Virus record (IMG/VR): IMGVR_UViG_3300046507_000506
Location: 1 to 64,000 of that record
Strand: one strand, 5' to 3'
Length of the DNA stretch: 64,000 nucleotides
Source: a virus
Shown here: piece by piece, positions 1-8,686 of the stretch
Layout of the letters: each line of letters begins with the position of its first letter
How positions within the stretch are numbered: position 1 is the stretch's first letter
The notes under the pieces: model-generated
Seen by the model: the letters and a program-made list of their open reading frames with translations, nothing else
Told to the model about the DNA's origin: nothing
Database searches by the model: none
Program-made: the position numbers and the translations under genes

Positions 1-261
1 TTCATCACCGTCTGCACCCGACACGCCCACGATGTAGCCGTAATGGAACTTCATGAGGTTCGCGCCGCTCGTGCCGTCGGCGGCGCGCCACTCGCGCTGT
101 GAGCCTCGCGGGTTCTCGATCACCACAGGGATACCGGCCACGCTCTCGCGGCCTTTCTTGTAGTTACCGGCGTCCTGCTGCGCGACGCTAGGCGTCGGCC
201 GCAGGTTGTGACCGTATGCGCTCTCATGCGCGGCTTGTTCGATGTTGGTGTAGGCGTCCAT
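1..261 (-). CDS. 5' part of an InPase-domain (inorganic pyrophosphatase-like, polyvalent/DarA-associated) protein; truncated by window edge
   Basis: Manual translation MDAYTNIEQAAHESAYG...AQQDAGNYKKG...IENPRGSQR...HYGYIVGVSGADGDE matches the GNYKKG/IENPxGSxR/HYGY/GADGD signature. Confidence 0.7.
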   Translation of the reverse strand, partial: MDAYTNIEQAAHESAYGHNLRPTPSVAQQDAGNYKKGRESVAGIPVVIENPRGSQREWRAADGTSGANLMKFHYGYIVGVSGADGDE

Positions 262-267
262 TGAGCC

Positions 268-308
268 ATTGTCGGGTCGCGCGCGCGCGCGAGCCCGGCG
301 CGTTTTCC
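268..308 (-). promoter_or_regulatory. Late promoter motif GGAAAA-N29-GACAAT
   Basis: Member of the repeated fixed-spacing motif; ATG at 261 lies 7 nt downstream of the -10 box. Confidence 0.7.
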
Positions 309-320
309 TGCTCAAATCCG

Positions 321-349
321 TTGCACATTCAAACGTGACAACATACAAT
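321..349 (+). promoter_or_regulatory. Sigma70 promoter TTGCAC-17-TACAAT with GTGACAACATAC operator over the -10
   Basis: Near-consensus hexamers; 12-mer repeated at four promoters. Confidence 0.75.
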
Positions 350-377
350 TAAGACTCACTCACCAACGGGGGAACCC

Positions 378-707
378 ATGAAACTGAAACTCAGCAAGAA
401 AGTGCAATCGCTCATACTGCCGACGGAAGGCGGGGCGGCTGGTACGGCTCCGTTCGAGGGCGCGCAGTCAGTGCAGGCGATCATTCGCGCCCAGTGGGCG
501 GCGGGCGGCATCGCGAAAGACGGCTCGATCAGCGTTGAGGTGCCGGACCTTCAGGCGGAATTGTTACGCGGGCATGCAACGGCGCGCCTCGCTGCTCTTG
601 AGGTGTCGCTCGCGAACTGTGCGACGGACGAGGAGCGCAAGCCGTTTTTCGGGGAAAACAGCGCATGGCGCGCCCTCATGCGCCAGCTTGATCCAGTCGC
701 GGCGTAA
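378..707 (+). CDS. Hypothetical early protein
   Basis: GGGGGA RBS, directly after a promoter. Confidence 0.7.
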   Translation: MKLKLSKKVQSLILPTEGGAAGTAPFEGAQSVQAIIRAQWAAGGIAKDGSISVEVPDLQAELLRGHATARLAALEVSLANCATDEERKPFFGENSAWRALMRQLDPVAA

Positions 708-712
708 TTCGC

Positions 713-741
713 TTGCACCGGGTTTCGTGACAACATACAAT
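713..741 (+). promoter_or_regulatory. Sigma70 promoter TTGCAC-17-TACAAT with GTGACAACATAC operator
   Basis: Same architecture as 321-349. Confidence 0.75.
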
Positions 742-767
742 AGACCAACGCAAACGAGGAGCGCGCC

Positions 768-1322
768 ATGCAACTGAAGTCAAACGCACCGGAGGTCAAG
801 TGGATAATCCGCAATGCTGCGACGGATGACTTCGCGCGCTCACTCGACAAGCGCCTGCGCGAAACCGGCGACTTGACGGATAACATGATCGGCGCGGTCG
901 CACGCATCCTCGCGCGCAACGCTTCGGCCGTCGCCATCGACGCGGCCGGTGTTGAGCGTATCGTTACGTCGTTCACGAATGCGGCGGAAAGCGGCCTGAA
1001 GCGCCCGAAAATGTTTCTCGGCGACTTCACCTTTGCTCTTGCCATGAGCGGGCGCAACAAGGGTGCGATTTGGGTCACGGAAGGGTATGAGCGCGGCGGC
1101 AAGTATCTCGGCAAGGTCGCGGACGCCAAATTCACGGCAAGCGACGCCTGTACGGCTGAGCAACGCGCCGCTGTGCTCGACGCTTGTGCAGACCCGAAGA
1201 AAGCCGCCCAGGCGTTCGGGCAGGAAACCGGCCGCTGCTCGTGCTGCGGTCGCGAACTGACGGACCCGGAAAGCATTGCAAACAGCATCGGCCCGATCTG
1301 CGCCGGGCGCTACGGATTCTAA
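768..1322 (+). CDS. DUF6011-like zinc-binding protein
   Basis: C-terminal CSCCGRELTDPESIANSIGPIC motif; GAGGAG RBS. Confidence 0.75.
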   Translation: MQLKSNAPEVKWIIRNAATDDFARSLDKRLRETGDLTDNMIGAVARILARNASAVAIDAAGVERIVTSFTNAAESGLKRPKMFLGDFTFALAMSGRNKGAIWVTEGYERGGKYLGKVADAKFTASDACTAEQRAAVLDACADPKKAAQAFGQETGRCSCCGRELTDPESIANSIGPICAGRYGF

Positions 1323-1333
1323 GGAGAGGGCAC

Positions 1334-1609
1334 ATGCTGGAGCAGTTTGACGAATTCACGATTGAGGACAAGGGCGGCGACGTGATGCCGTTCGTTGTCT
1401 ATGGATGGGCGGACTACCCGCCGCATTCGGTGCTCGCAGGGCAGCGGCGCAAGTCGTTTCTTGAGGCGTTCGAGACTGAGGAATGCGCACGCGCGAAATT
1501 CCCGACGGCTCAGGAGGGAACGCGTTTCCGCAGCGCCAATAACTCGGTATCGCACCTGCCCGGCCCGGATGATCCGGTTGCGGGTGGAATGTACCCCGAC
1601 GACTATTAA
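1334..1609 (+). CDS. Hypothetical protein (start MLEQFDEF)
   Basis: AAGGAGAGG RBS before ATG 1334. Confidence 0.65.
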   Translation: MLEQFDEFTIEDKGGDVMPFVVYGWADYPPHSVLAGQRRKSFLEAFETEECARAKFPTAQEGTRFRSANNSVSHLPGPDDPVAGGMYPDDY

Positions 1610-1651
1610 CCTCGCCACGGCCCGCATATCGGGCCGTAGGCGTATCTGCGA

Positions 1652-1909
1652 GTGAGCAGCATGGCAAAGATGACAAAGGCGCAAATCGCCAACCGGCTCG
1701 AACAAATCGCGCTTATGGTCAACCGGCTTGACGCCGACCTGAAGGCGCAATATGGCGAGGAGGCCAACGTGTTTTTCGAGGCCGACGGCGGCATTCACGC
1801 GATGGACGGCGACGATACGGCGACAAATCGCACTAACGCTGGCACACGCCAGAAACACGTCATCGCATCGTGCACGACGTACAGCCGCCACGGCGTAGGA
1901 GCATGGTAA
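1652..1909 (+). CDS. Hypothetical protein
   Basis: ORF in operon, coupled to next gene. Confidence 0.6.
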   Translation: MSSMAKMTKAQIANRLEQIALMVNRLDADLKAQYGEEANVFFEADGGIHAMDGDDTATNRTNAGTRQKHVIASCTTYSRHGVGAW

Positions 1910-2277
1910 TGGACAAGCATTTTCAGACCATCGAGCGCGAGCTTAATGCCGCAATGGATGCCGTCGAAGCGGGCGAGGGTGATCGCGCTGTGCTGCTCGA
2001 ACGGCTCGAAAGCCTTTTGAACAACGTGCGCGGCAAGCGCTTCGCAACGGGTTTTTCCCTATTCGGAAAGACGTTCAAGCCGGGCGGCGAGGCCGCCGAG
2101 GAGATGGAGGGCGTCGAGCCGCCGCCGCGCGCATTTAACCGCGGTGACCTCGTGCGCACGAAAGACGGCTATCTGGCCTACGTCGGATTTTATGACCACC
2201 GGCAGCGCGTGGTCGCAAACGTCGTCTATCAGGCATGCGAGTTCAACGAGGGTGATCTGACGGCGGTGAAGGAATAA
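1909..2277 (+). CDS. Hypothetical protein (start MDKHFQ)
   Basis: AGGAG RBS, TAATG overlap. Confidence 0.6.
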   Translation: MDKHFQTIERELNAAMDAVEAGEGDRAVLLERLESLLNNVRGKRFATGFSLFGKTFKPGGEAAEEMEGVEPPPRAFNRGDLVRTKDGYLAYVGFYDHRQRVVANVVYQACEFNEGDLTAVKE

Positions 2278-2279
2278 CG

Positions 2280-2504
2280 ATGGTACGGAAACTGATTAAC
2301 GACAAGCCGATGACACCCGCCGAGCGGCGCAAGCGCTCCAATGCCGATAAGGTCGCGCGCGGAGAACGGCTGCTGCATACGTGGCTTGTTCCAGAGGCAG
2401 CGCAGGCGCTCGACTCAGTCACCGGGCCGGACGGCTCACGCGGCGCGATTGCGCAGGCCGTCAATGAAGCCCTGATTGCCTACGCGCGGCGAAAACGTGT
2501 CTGA
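2280..2504 (+). CDS. Small ribbon-helix-helix-like DNA-binding protein
   Basis: MTPAERRKR basic N-terminus, then LHTWL strand and AVNEALIAY helix. Confidence 0.55.
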   Translation: MVRKLINDKPMTPAERRKRSNADKVARGERLLHTWLVPEAAQALDSVTGPDGSRGAIAQAVNEALIAYARRKRV

Positions 2505-2512
2505 CAGAGCGC

Positions 2513-3013
2513 CTAGTCGCCCGTCCAGGGCGTAAGGTCGGACAGTTCATCGCGCGGCGCGAGAATCCATTTTTGCGCATACGGGTAGATGCCGACGGCA
2601 CTCGTCATGCCGACGACTTCATACCCGATCACCACACCGCCGCCTGGCATCATCGCAATCAGGTCGTACTTTTTGACGTGAAAGCCGGGCACATCAATCG
2701 GCTCCACCAACGCCTCAAGCAACTGCGTATCCGGCGCGAGCGCGTCGCGCCGGTCGGTGAGGTCAAGCGTTCCATCAAAGTGGCTTGTAATCAGCACCCG
2801 GCCCTCGCCAAGTGGCTGATAGTCGAATGACTCCTCATCCTCAGGCGTGAGCACGCCGAGCCCGCCCAAGGTCGGCAGGCCGCCCTCAGTCGAGCCGTCC
2901 GGCGCGGTACGGTTCAGCACCTTGCGATAGACGAGACAATCCTGCGCGTTCGGGTGCTTGAGCGTGACTGTGCGCGCTGCATTCTGGATAGCGACGGGGA
3001 CCGAGTTAATCAT
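2513..3013 (-). CDS. Virion morphogenesis protein (P1 gp7-like position)
   Basis: Last gene of tail operon; synteny with P1 26-25-7. Confidence 0.5.
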   Translation of the reverse strand: MINSVPVAIQNAARTVTLKHPNAQDCLVYRKVLNRTAPDGSTEGGLPTLGGLGVLTPEDEESFDYQPLGEGRVLITSHFDGTLDLTDRRDALAPDTQLLEALVEPIDVPGFHVKKYDLIAMMPGGGVVIGYEVVGMTSAVGIYPYAQKWILAPRDELSDLTPWTGD

Positions 3014-4047
3014 TTTGCGTTCTTCATGATTTCGTTGAACTGCTCCTGCGTGATCGCACCAAGCGAGAGCAGGGAGCGGGCATTGCGCTCGATCTTACGC
3101 GCATTGGCTGACGGCTTTTCGGCTTTCGCCTTGGCTACGGCCACTTCCTTTGCAGAGGCGCGCGCGCGGCGTTTGGCGGCCTCCTCAGCCTTTTGCGCCG
3201 ACGTCTTGAGGTTCGTGCTCGACCGGCGTTTGCTCTGCTGCTCGGCGGCGTGCTTGCGAATGTCAGCCGCCTTGGTGCGTTCGGCCTTCAGCGCCTTGTC
3301 TTCGAGCGTATCGCGTTTCTTGATGACCTGATCCGCGATTTTGGCCTGCACCTTGGCATCCTTCAGGATGACGTGCATCACGCGCAATACGTGCTTGCAG
3401 GCACAGCCAACGAGCTTCGGATTTCGGATTTTCGGGAAACCCGTTTCCGCGCGGCCATAGTTGTACTTACCGATGGTCGCGATGTAGCGATACCAAAAGG
3501 TGTGACGGCCGCAATCGCAATCGAATTTGAGCCGCCCCTTTGCCACGGCTTTGCCGATTTTCTTCAGGTCGTTAGGCGATGCGCCCACGGCCGCATCGAA
3601 GTCCATGAATTCGACGTGCACATGGTGCCGCGAAACGTCCGAGTCCGGCCCGGCGTTCGTGATGAAGTGAAAGAGCGGGCCGCGCACCGACACCGGCACG
3701 GCCATGCGGATTTCACTGTTTGCGCGCTTCGTGTCCGCGTCTAGCGCCAGGTCGATCACGCCTTGCGCGGTGATGCCGCCGACAAACTTTTTCTTCAGCC
3801 GGGAGACATTGGACTGAAACGCGCGCAGGTCGCTCAGCGTGATCGGCCTGAGTTCGCCGCGCAACGACGTTTGCAGCAGGCGGCCGCCGTCATACTCGCC
3901 CGATACCTCATTGGGGTTGAGGATGGTTGCGGCGGCCTTGCGGCGGTCAAGATCGGCCCTCGAGTTTTGTTCGGCTTCCTTGCGTGCGGACGGCAGGCGC
4001 GCCGTCGCTCGGTCAATCAAGTGCTGAATAAGCGGCTGCTTCGGCAT
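3010..4047 (-). CDS. P1 gp25-like tail protein with SWIM-type CxC...CKH motif
   Basis: FDCDCGRHTFWYRYIATIG...GCACKHVLR motif. Confidence 0.65.
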   Translation of the reverse strand: MPKQPLIQHLIDRATARLPSARKEAEQNSRADLDRRKAAATILNPNEVSGEYDGGRLLQTSLRGELRPITLSDLRAFQSNVSRLKKKFVGGITAQGVIDLALDADTKRANSEIRMAVPVSVRGPLFHFITNAGPDSDVSRHHVHVEFMDFDAAVGASPNDLKKIGKAVAKGRLKFDCDCGRHTFWYRYIATIGKYNYGRAETGFPKIRNPKLVGCACKHVLRVMHVILKDAKVQAKIADQVIKKRDTLEDKALKAERTKAADIRKHAAEQQSKRRSSTNLKTSAQKAEEAAKRRARASAKEVAVAKAKAEKPSANARKIERNARSLLSLGAITQEQFNEIMKNAK

Positions 4048-4333
4048 CGGTCAGATAGTTGGTTTGACGCTTGATTAGCTGCAACTGGGTGAAGTTGGGC
4101 AGCACGAGCACCTGCTCAGGCAATACCTGTTCGAGCGTATCGAGCCCGGCCGCCGCAAAGATCACCATGAACTGTGAGCGGTCGCCATATGCCCGGTACG
4201 CCGCCAGCGTCAGGTCGCCGCGCTCATCGGGCAGCGTCTGATAGCGGATCGCGCTCGCCCAGTCGGGCGTCTGCGTCGCAAAGCGGCGCACCGCCCGCAC
4301 AAAGGCGGCCGTAGTAACGGGCGTGATGGCCAT
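4013..4333 (-). CDS. P1 gp26-like small baseplate protein (LysM/tail-X-like)
   Basis: YQTLPDERGDLTLAAYRAYG...VIFAAAGL pattern; synteny. Confidence 0.6.
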   Translation of the reverse strand: MAITPVTTAAFVRAVRRFATQTPDWASAIRYQTLPDERGDLTLAAYRAYGDRSQFMVIFAAAGLDTLEQVLPEQVLVLPNFTQLQLIKRQTNYLTDAEAAAYSALD

Positions 4334-5025
4334 TACGAGGCGTCCGTCGTGCCGGTGCTTGCGGCGGCCTGTGCTGCTGCCGCCTGCTCGGCAGCGGCCT
4401 GAGCGGCGGCCTCAGCCTTGGCGGCCTCGTCGGCTTCCACCTGCGTAGTGATCGCAGCCTCGTCGGGCAGCGGCGGCCAGTCGGTCGTCGCCGGGAAGTC
4501 CGGCGCATTGACGACCTTCACGAGACTCCATTGATAGGCGGCCCATGCCTTGAAAATGCCTTCCTCGACCGGGCTCAGCAGGCCCGCTGCCTGCGCATCG
4601 GCCTTGCCGTAGTTCTTCTGGCGCGCAGCGGCCATCAGCGTGTCAAATTCCGCCATTGCGGCGGCGCGCACCTTCGCGATCACGACAGCCTCATCAATCA
4701 CCCACCCGGTGCCGTCCTGCCATTTGTATTCATCGGAGGGCGGTGCGGTTTCGGTGAGCCCGACGTCGTTAGGTGCGATGCCCACCACGGTGATTTCAGT
4801 CGGCGCGCCCGTCGTCTTGCTGTAGAGCGTGATTGCGCGATAGTCGGGCTTGAGAATCCATGCGCCATTCACGAAGAAAGGCCAGGTATTGCGCGGCCGG
4901 TCGGGCATGGGCACGTCGGTGCTGAATGCTGGAATGAGCCAGCCTTTCGGGTTGGACGGGTCCGGGTCGGCGAGACGGCTGGAAATGTACTGGCCGGTGA
5001 TCGAATCGTACTGGTTGACTAGCAT
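4333..5025 (-). CDS. Tail fibre assembly chaperone
   Basis: Follows fibre gene; WLIPA...PDYR...WAAY...DWPPLP Tfa-type motifs. Confidence 0.8.
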   Translation of the reverse strand: MLVNQYDSITGQYISSRLADPDPSNPKGWLIPAFSTDVPMPDRPRNTWPFFVNGAWILKPDYRAITLYSKTTGAPTEITVVGIAPNDVGLTETAPPSDEYKWQDGTGWVIDEAVVIAKVRAAAMAEFDTLMAAARQKNYGKADAQAAGLLSPVEEGIFKAWAAYQWSLVKVVNAPDFPATTDWPPLPDEAAITTQVEADEAAKAEAAAQAAAEQAAAAQAAASTGTTDAS

Positions 5026-5038
5026 GGGGAGCCTTGGG

Positions 5039-6514
5039 TTATTGATAGCGGATCATTGCGAGGAGGGCGACGTTACGGCCGCGCGCTTCGCCGCCGCCGT
5101 CGCCGTTGACGGTGATGCCGTGGGTATGACTGCCAGCGGCACCGATACCGACGTTATGGCCGTGCGTACCGTCGCCGAGAATGCCAATGCCGGTCGGGGC
5201 CGGGTTCGTGAATTGCGGGAATGAGTAACCCTGACCACCACCGCCGAGGCCGTTGCCGCCGCCGCCCGTTTGCACCGTGAAAATGCCGCCTGCTGCCGAG
5301 TGGGAGTGCTGAGGATCGCTCACGCCGTGGCCGTGCCAGCCCTGCGCGTCAGTCCATGCGCTATGGACGTGATCGCCGACTGCCGCAGCGCTCGCGCCGT
5401 GCGCGTGAAAAATGTTCTGCGATGCCTGATAGGTGCCGATACCCCGGCCTGAATCCGCGCCGCGTCCGTCATCCCACGAGCGAATGTGTTCGCCGCGCAC
5501 ATCGGGAATGCGAAAGGTCGTTGCGCCGTCGCCGGTCGAGAAGCACCCCCAACTGTTCGCGGCCCACTGAGCATCAGAGACGAGCGCGCCGCTCGCCTGC
5601 GCATACGCCCACAGGGCAGGGTAGGCCGCGCGACTGAGCACGGTGCCATTCATCTTCAGGTAGCCTGCGCGCGCGCTCGTGCGCGCCTCCCAAACCGTCG
5701 TGCCGACAAGCGCGGTCGAAATGGCGGAAGTCACGTATGCCGTGGTGGACAGGCGCGTGCTGTTGTCCGTTGCGGGCGGCGTGGGCGCTGTCGGTGTGTT
5801 GACGAATGCGGGGCTGTCGAGAAAGGCGAGCTTGCCCTTATCGACTGCGTCTACGGTCACCTTTACCGCGCCTGAGCCATCGCTCGCGAGGCCGAGATAG
5901 ACCTTGTTCGCGCCCTGGCCGATACCGCCGCCCTGCTGCACCGGCGTGAAGCCGATCAGCGGCTGTTTGGTGCTGACGACCTGAGTGAGCGCGGTAACGT
6001 CCGCATCGGTCGCATACTGCGGGTGCGGGTCGGCTTCGGCCTTGTGCTGAAGGATGAGTGCAGCCATGCCTGCCGGGTCCGTCGTGACCGTGACAGTGAC
6101 CGAATCGGACGGCAGCGTGGACACGTCGAGCGTGTACGCGAACGGCACGTCAATGCCCGCCGACTTGATGAACAGGGCAGAATCTGCGCGGCTCCACACG
6201 GCGAAAAGCGTGTTGCCGGAATAGAAGCCGATTTCGCCGATGTACTTGCCATTGGGCGAACGGCCGCCAATGTCAGTGTCGCCGATAGTCGCGCCAAGCT
6301 GGATAGCCGTCGCGCTGGTTTTCGAGCCGCTGGTGACCGCGTAGCGCGCCACTTCGCTTTTCAGCATCACGAAGTCACGCACCGACTCATCGAGCGCGTA
6401 CAGGGCCGTGCCTAGCGCGATGTGCGTGATCGCGACGGCAAAGCCGCTGCCGTTGTTTTGCGGAATGAGCGCAAGCCCGGCTTTCGTGATCTTGGGATTG
6501 AGTGAAAGCGTCAC
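5039..6514 (-). CDS. Tail fibre protein with collar domain
   Basis: ITKAG N-terminus, HKAEADPHPQY, GDGATTFRIPDVRGEHIRSWDDGRG collar, HxH tip repeats, EARGRNVA end. Confidence 0.9.
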   Translation of the reverse strand: MTLSLNPKITKAGLALIPQNNGSGFAVAITHIALGTALYALDESVRDFVMLKSEVARYAVTSGSKTSATAIQLGATIGDTDIGGRSPNGKYIGEIGFYSGNTLFAVWSRADSALFIKSAGIDVPFAYTLDVSTLPSDSVTVTVTTDPAGMAALILQHKAEADPHPQYATDADVTALTQVVSTKQPLIGFTPVQQGGGIGQGANKVYLGLASDGSGAVKVTVDAVDKGKLAFLDSPAFVNTPTAPTPPATDNSTRLSTTAYVTSAISTALVGTTVWEARTSARAGYLKMNGTVLSRAAYPALWAYAQASGALVSDAQWAANSWGCFSTGDGATTFRIPDVRGEHIRSWDDGRGADSGRGIGTYQASQNIFHAHGASAAAVGDHVHSAWTDAQGWHGHGVSDPQHSHSAAGGIFTVQTGGGGNGLGGGGQGYSFPQFTNPAPTGIGILGDGTHGHNVGIGAAGSHTHGITVNGDGGGEARGRNVALLAMIRYQ

Positions 6515-6539
6515 AATGACCTCAGAATGGTTCGCACCA

Positions 6540-6580
6540 ATTCTCAGGTCGTGTGACGCGCGCGGCGGCGCGCGTTTTCC
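6540..6580 (-). promoter_or_regulatory. Late promoter motif GGAAAA-N29-GAGAAT
   Basis: Fixed-spacing motif upstream of the tail fibre operon. Confidence 0.7.
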
Positions 6581-6584
6581 TACG

Positions 6585-7046
6585 TCAGATGGTCATGAAC
6601 ATGTCCGCCATATCCTGCGCGAACTCCGACGTGTCCTCAATACTCAGGGTGTTACCGGCCGCGTACATGATCGCGAGAATCGCAATCTGGCCGTTCGTGA
6701 TTTCGGGCGAAAGCTGGTATCGCGTGCCGCTCGCATCGACCCCGCCTACCTGAATGGCATTCGTCGGCTTATGCCGCTGCACGGACGCAAGCAGCTCAAC
6801 CATGCCCGTTGAGTCTGCCCGGAAATACCGGTCAATTGCGCCTGCGAGCTTGCCCTCATCGAACAGCATGTCACGCGAGGGCGCGCGCGGGTCGTTGCTC
6901 ACGATGAGCGCGCCCGGTGTGCGCTCGCCGAATGCGACTTCCTGCGAGACGATCACGAGGCCCGTTCCGCCATCGACGGCCGCCAGAATGTTGACGGCCT
7001 GCCCCTTGTAGCCGTTGATTTCGGCTTGCAGAGTGATGACGCTCAA
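6585..7046 (-). CDS. Hypothetical protein in morphogenesis operon
   Basis: ATGA overlap with upstream gene. Confidence 0.65.
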   Translation of the reverse strand: MSVITLQAEINGYKGQAVNILAAVDGGTGLVIVSQEVAFGERTPGALIVSNDPRAPSRDMLFDEGKLAGAIDRYFRADSTGMVELLASVQRHKPTNAIQVGGVDASGTRYQLSPEITNGQIAILAIMYAAGNTLSIEDTSEFAQDMADMFMTI

Positions 7047-7819
7047 TTTCGCACCTGTGTGATGTTGCCGTCGTTGTCCACGGTCGTCGTGCTGCCCGCG
7101 CCCGAATACGGGTTGCTCGTGGTGACTTCCGTCACAACCGGGTAGCCTGCCGGTGCGGCCTTGCCGTCGTTGGCCTCATTCGCACCCGGCGCCTGGAACA
7201 CCGGAACCGTTGCGCGAAGCACGATATCGGCGACGTTGATGCGCAGGTTCTTTTGCGACTCCTGTGCCATCGCGCCCACGTTGATATCTTCGAGAACGAC
7301 GGGAAATTCGACTGTCTGCCCGGCGAACTCAACCGGCTGCACGAAGCGCCGCCCATACGGGCCTTGCGTGAAAAGGTTGAACTGCATCGCAAGGCTGTGC
7401 GCCGTCGGCTTCTCAGGCGCGATAAACGCGACCTGCGTGCGGTAGTCATTGACGGATGCGCGCACCTTATAGGCGCGGTTCAGCGGATCGTCGGGAAGCA
7501 TGACGTCAACCGGCGTACCGATGGCCGCGCCAAAGTCCACGAGCGAGGGCGTAAAGTCATCGTCAATGCACACGATAATCACCGGCAGCATGGAGGAGAG
7601 GCCCGGCCCCGATACGTTCTCGTTCTTGCGCCACTCGTTCAGGTACTCATCGACCTTGTCGATCATGCGGCCGGGAGCCCATACGATGCTACTGGCGAGG
7701 CCGCGCCCGATGTATTCGGTCATGCGTGGCGTGTCCGCGACGAGGCCGCTATAGAAGCGGCCCATGTACGCGCCAAAGCCCAATTGCAGGGGTGTTAGCA
7801 GGCTCACGTCACACTCCAA
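7043..7819 (-). CDS. P1 gp24-like tail completion/stability protein (start uncertain)
   Basis: Size, beta-rich composition and context. Confidence 0.5.
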   Translation of the reverse strand: MECDVSLLTPLQLGFGAYMGRFYSGLVADTPRMTEYIGRGLASSIVWAPGRMIDKVDEYLNEWRKNENVSGPGLSSMLPVIIVCIDDDFTPSLVDFGAAIGTPVDVMLPDDPLNRAYKVRASVNDYRTQVAFIAPEKPTAHSLAMQFNLFTQGPYGRRFVQPVEFAGQTVEFPVVLEDINVGAMAQESQKNLRINVADIVLRATVPVFQAPGANEANDGKAAPAGYPVVTEVTTSNPYSGAGSTTTVDNDGNITQVRN

Positions 7820-8675
7820 GGCCGCGCTTCATTTGCGCAATTGCGGGATCGTCCGGCGTGTCCGGTTCCTCGTCGGGGAGCTTGCCGAACGGCACGAGCT
7901 TGCCGGTGCTGAATGACCGCGCGCGCTTCACGAAATCGTTTGTCGCGCGCGTGCCGACCACGAGCGGGGCAGTGTGTCCGCCTGTGCTGTCGAGCAGCAC
8001 GGTGCCCGCCTGAGCATCCTTCTGTGCCGCGAGTGAGAGCAGTTCGGCGTTCTCCTCGCTAAGCCGCGCGATGGTCTGCATTGCGAGCAGGTGATCTGCC
8101 TGCATCGAATCGAACAAGGTACGCATCATCGCATTGGACATTTGCCACTCGTGCGCGACGGCATCGAACAGCAACTGATCGGAGCCAAAGCCCGCGCTGT
8201 CGAACACGTACCCGCGATTGGTCGTGTAGTTCGGCTCGAACACGTAATCGAAGCCCGCAAAGACGGTCGGCATATGCTTGCCGAAACGGGGCTCGGCATG
8301 GATAGCCGACGAAAACCCACCCTGTTTGCTGCTGAAAAGCCGCTCGGCGATAGCGCCCGCGTCCGTATCGAGGAATTCCGCCTCGTGCGTGATGTTGCCC
8401 TCGCTGTCGGCGCTCAGATGCGTTGTCACGAACGCCGGTTCGATGTTGACCATGCGGCCGTCGAACACAATGGACTCAGGCGGCGTGAGCCCGAAACGGG
8501 CGCGAATCCAGTGCCCGTAAAAGCCGTTGAGGTCGCGGTTTTTGACCCGCTCCTGTACCTCGTTGCCATTCACGAGCGCGGAGAGCGCAGGCAGGTCGAA
8601 ATGCCGATCCTTGCCGACGAACTGGCGGCCACGGTCGTGCACGTTGTAGGTGATCTTGCCGGTTTTCTTTCCCAT
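7809..8675 (-). CDS. Prohead (head-processing) protease, P1 Pro-like
   Basis: GFYGH, ITHEAEFLDTDAG, GGFSSA, GFDYVFEPNY motifs. Confidence 0.75.
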   Translation of the reverse strand: MGKKTGKITYNVHDRGRQFVGKDRHFDLPALSALVNGNEVQERVKNRDLNGFYGHWIRARFGLTPPESIVFDGRMVNIEPAFVTTHLSADSEGNITHEAEFLDTDAGAIAERLFSSKQGGFSSAIHAEPRFGKHMPTVFAGFDYVFEPNYTTNRGYVFDSAGFGSDQLLFDAVAHEWQMSNAMMRTLFDSMQADHLLAMQTIARLSEENAELLSLAAQKDAQAGTVLLDSTGGHTAPLVVGTRATNDFVKRARSFSTGKLVPFGKLPDEEPDTPDDPAIAQMKRGLGV

Positions 8676-8686
8676 TTTTACCTCGC

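Noticed and set aside
4333-6514. Cin-type invertible tail fibre segment or DGR target
   Set aside because: Single fibre/chaperone pair; no invertase, inverted crossover sites or template repeat noticed.
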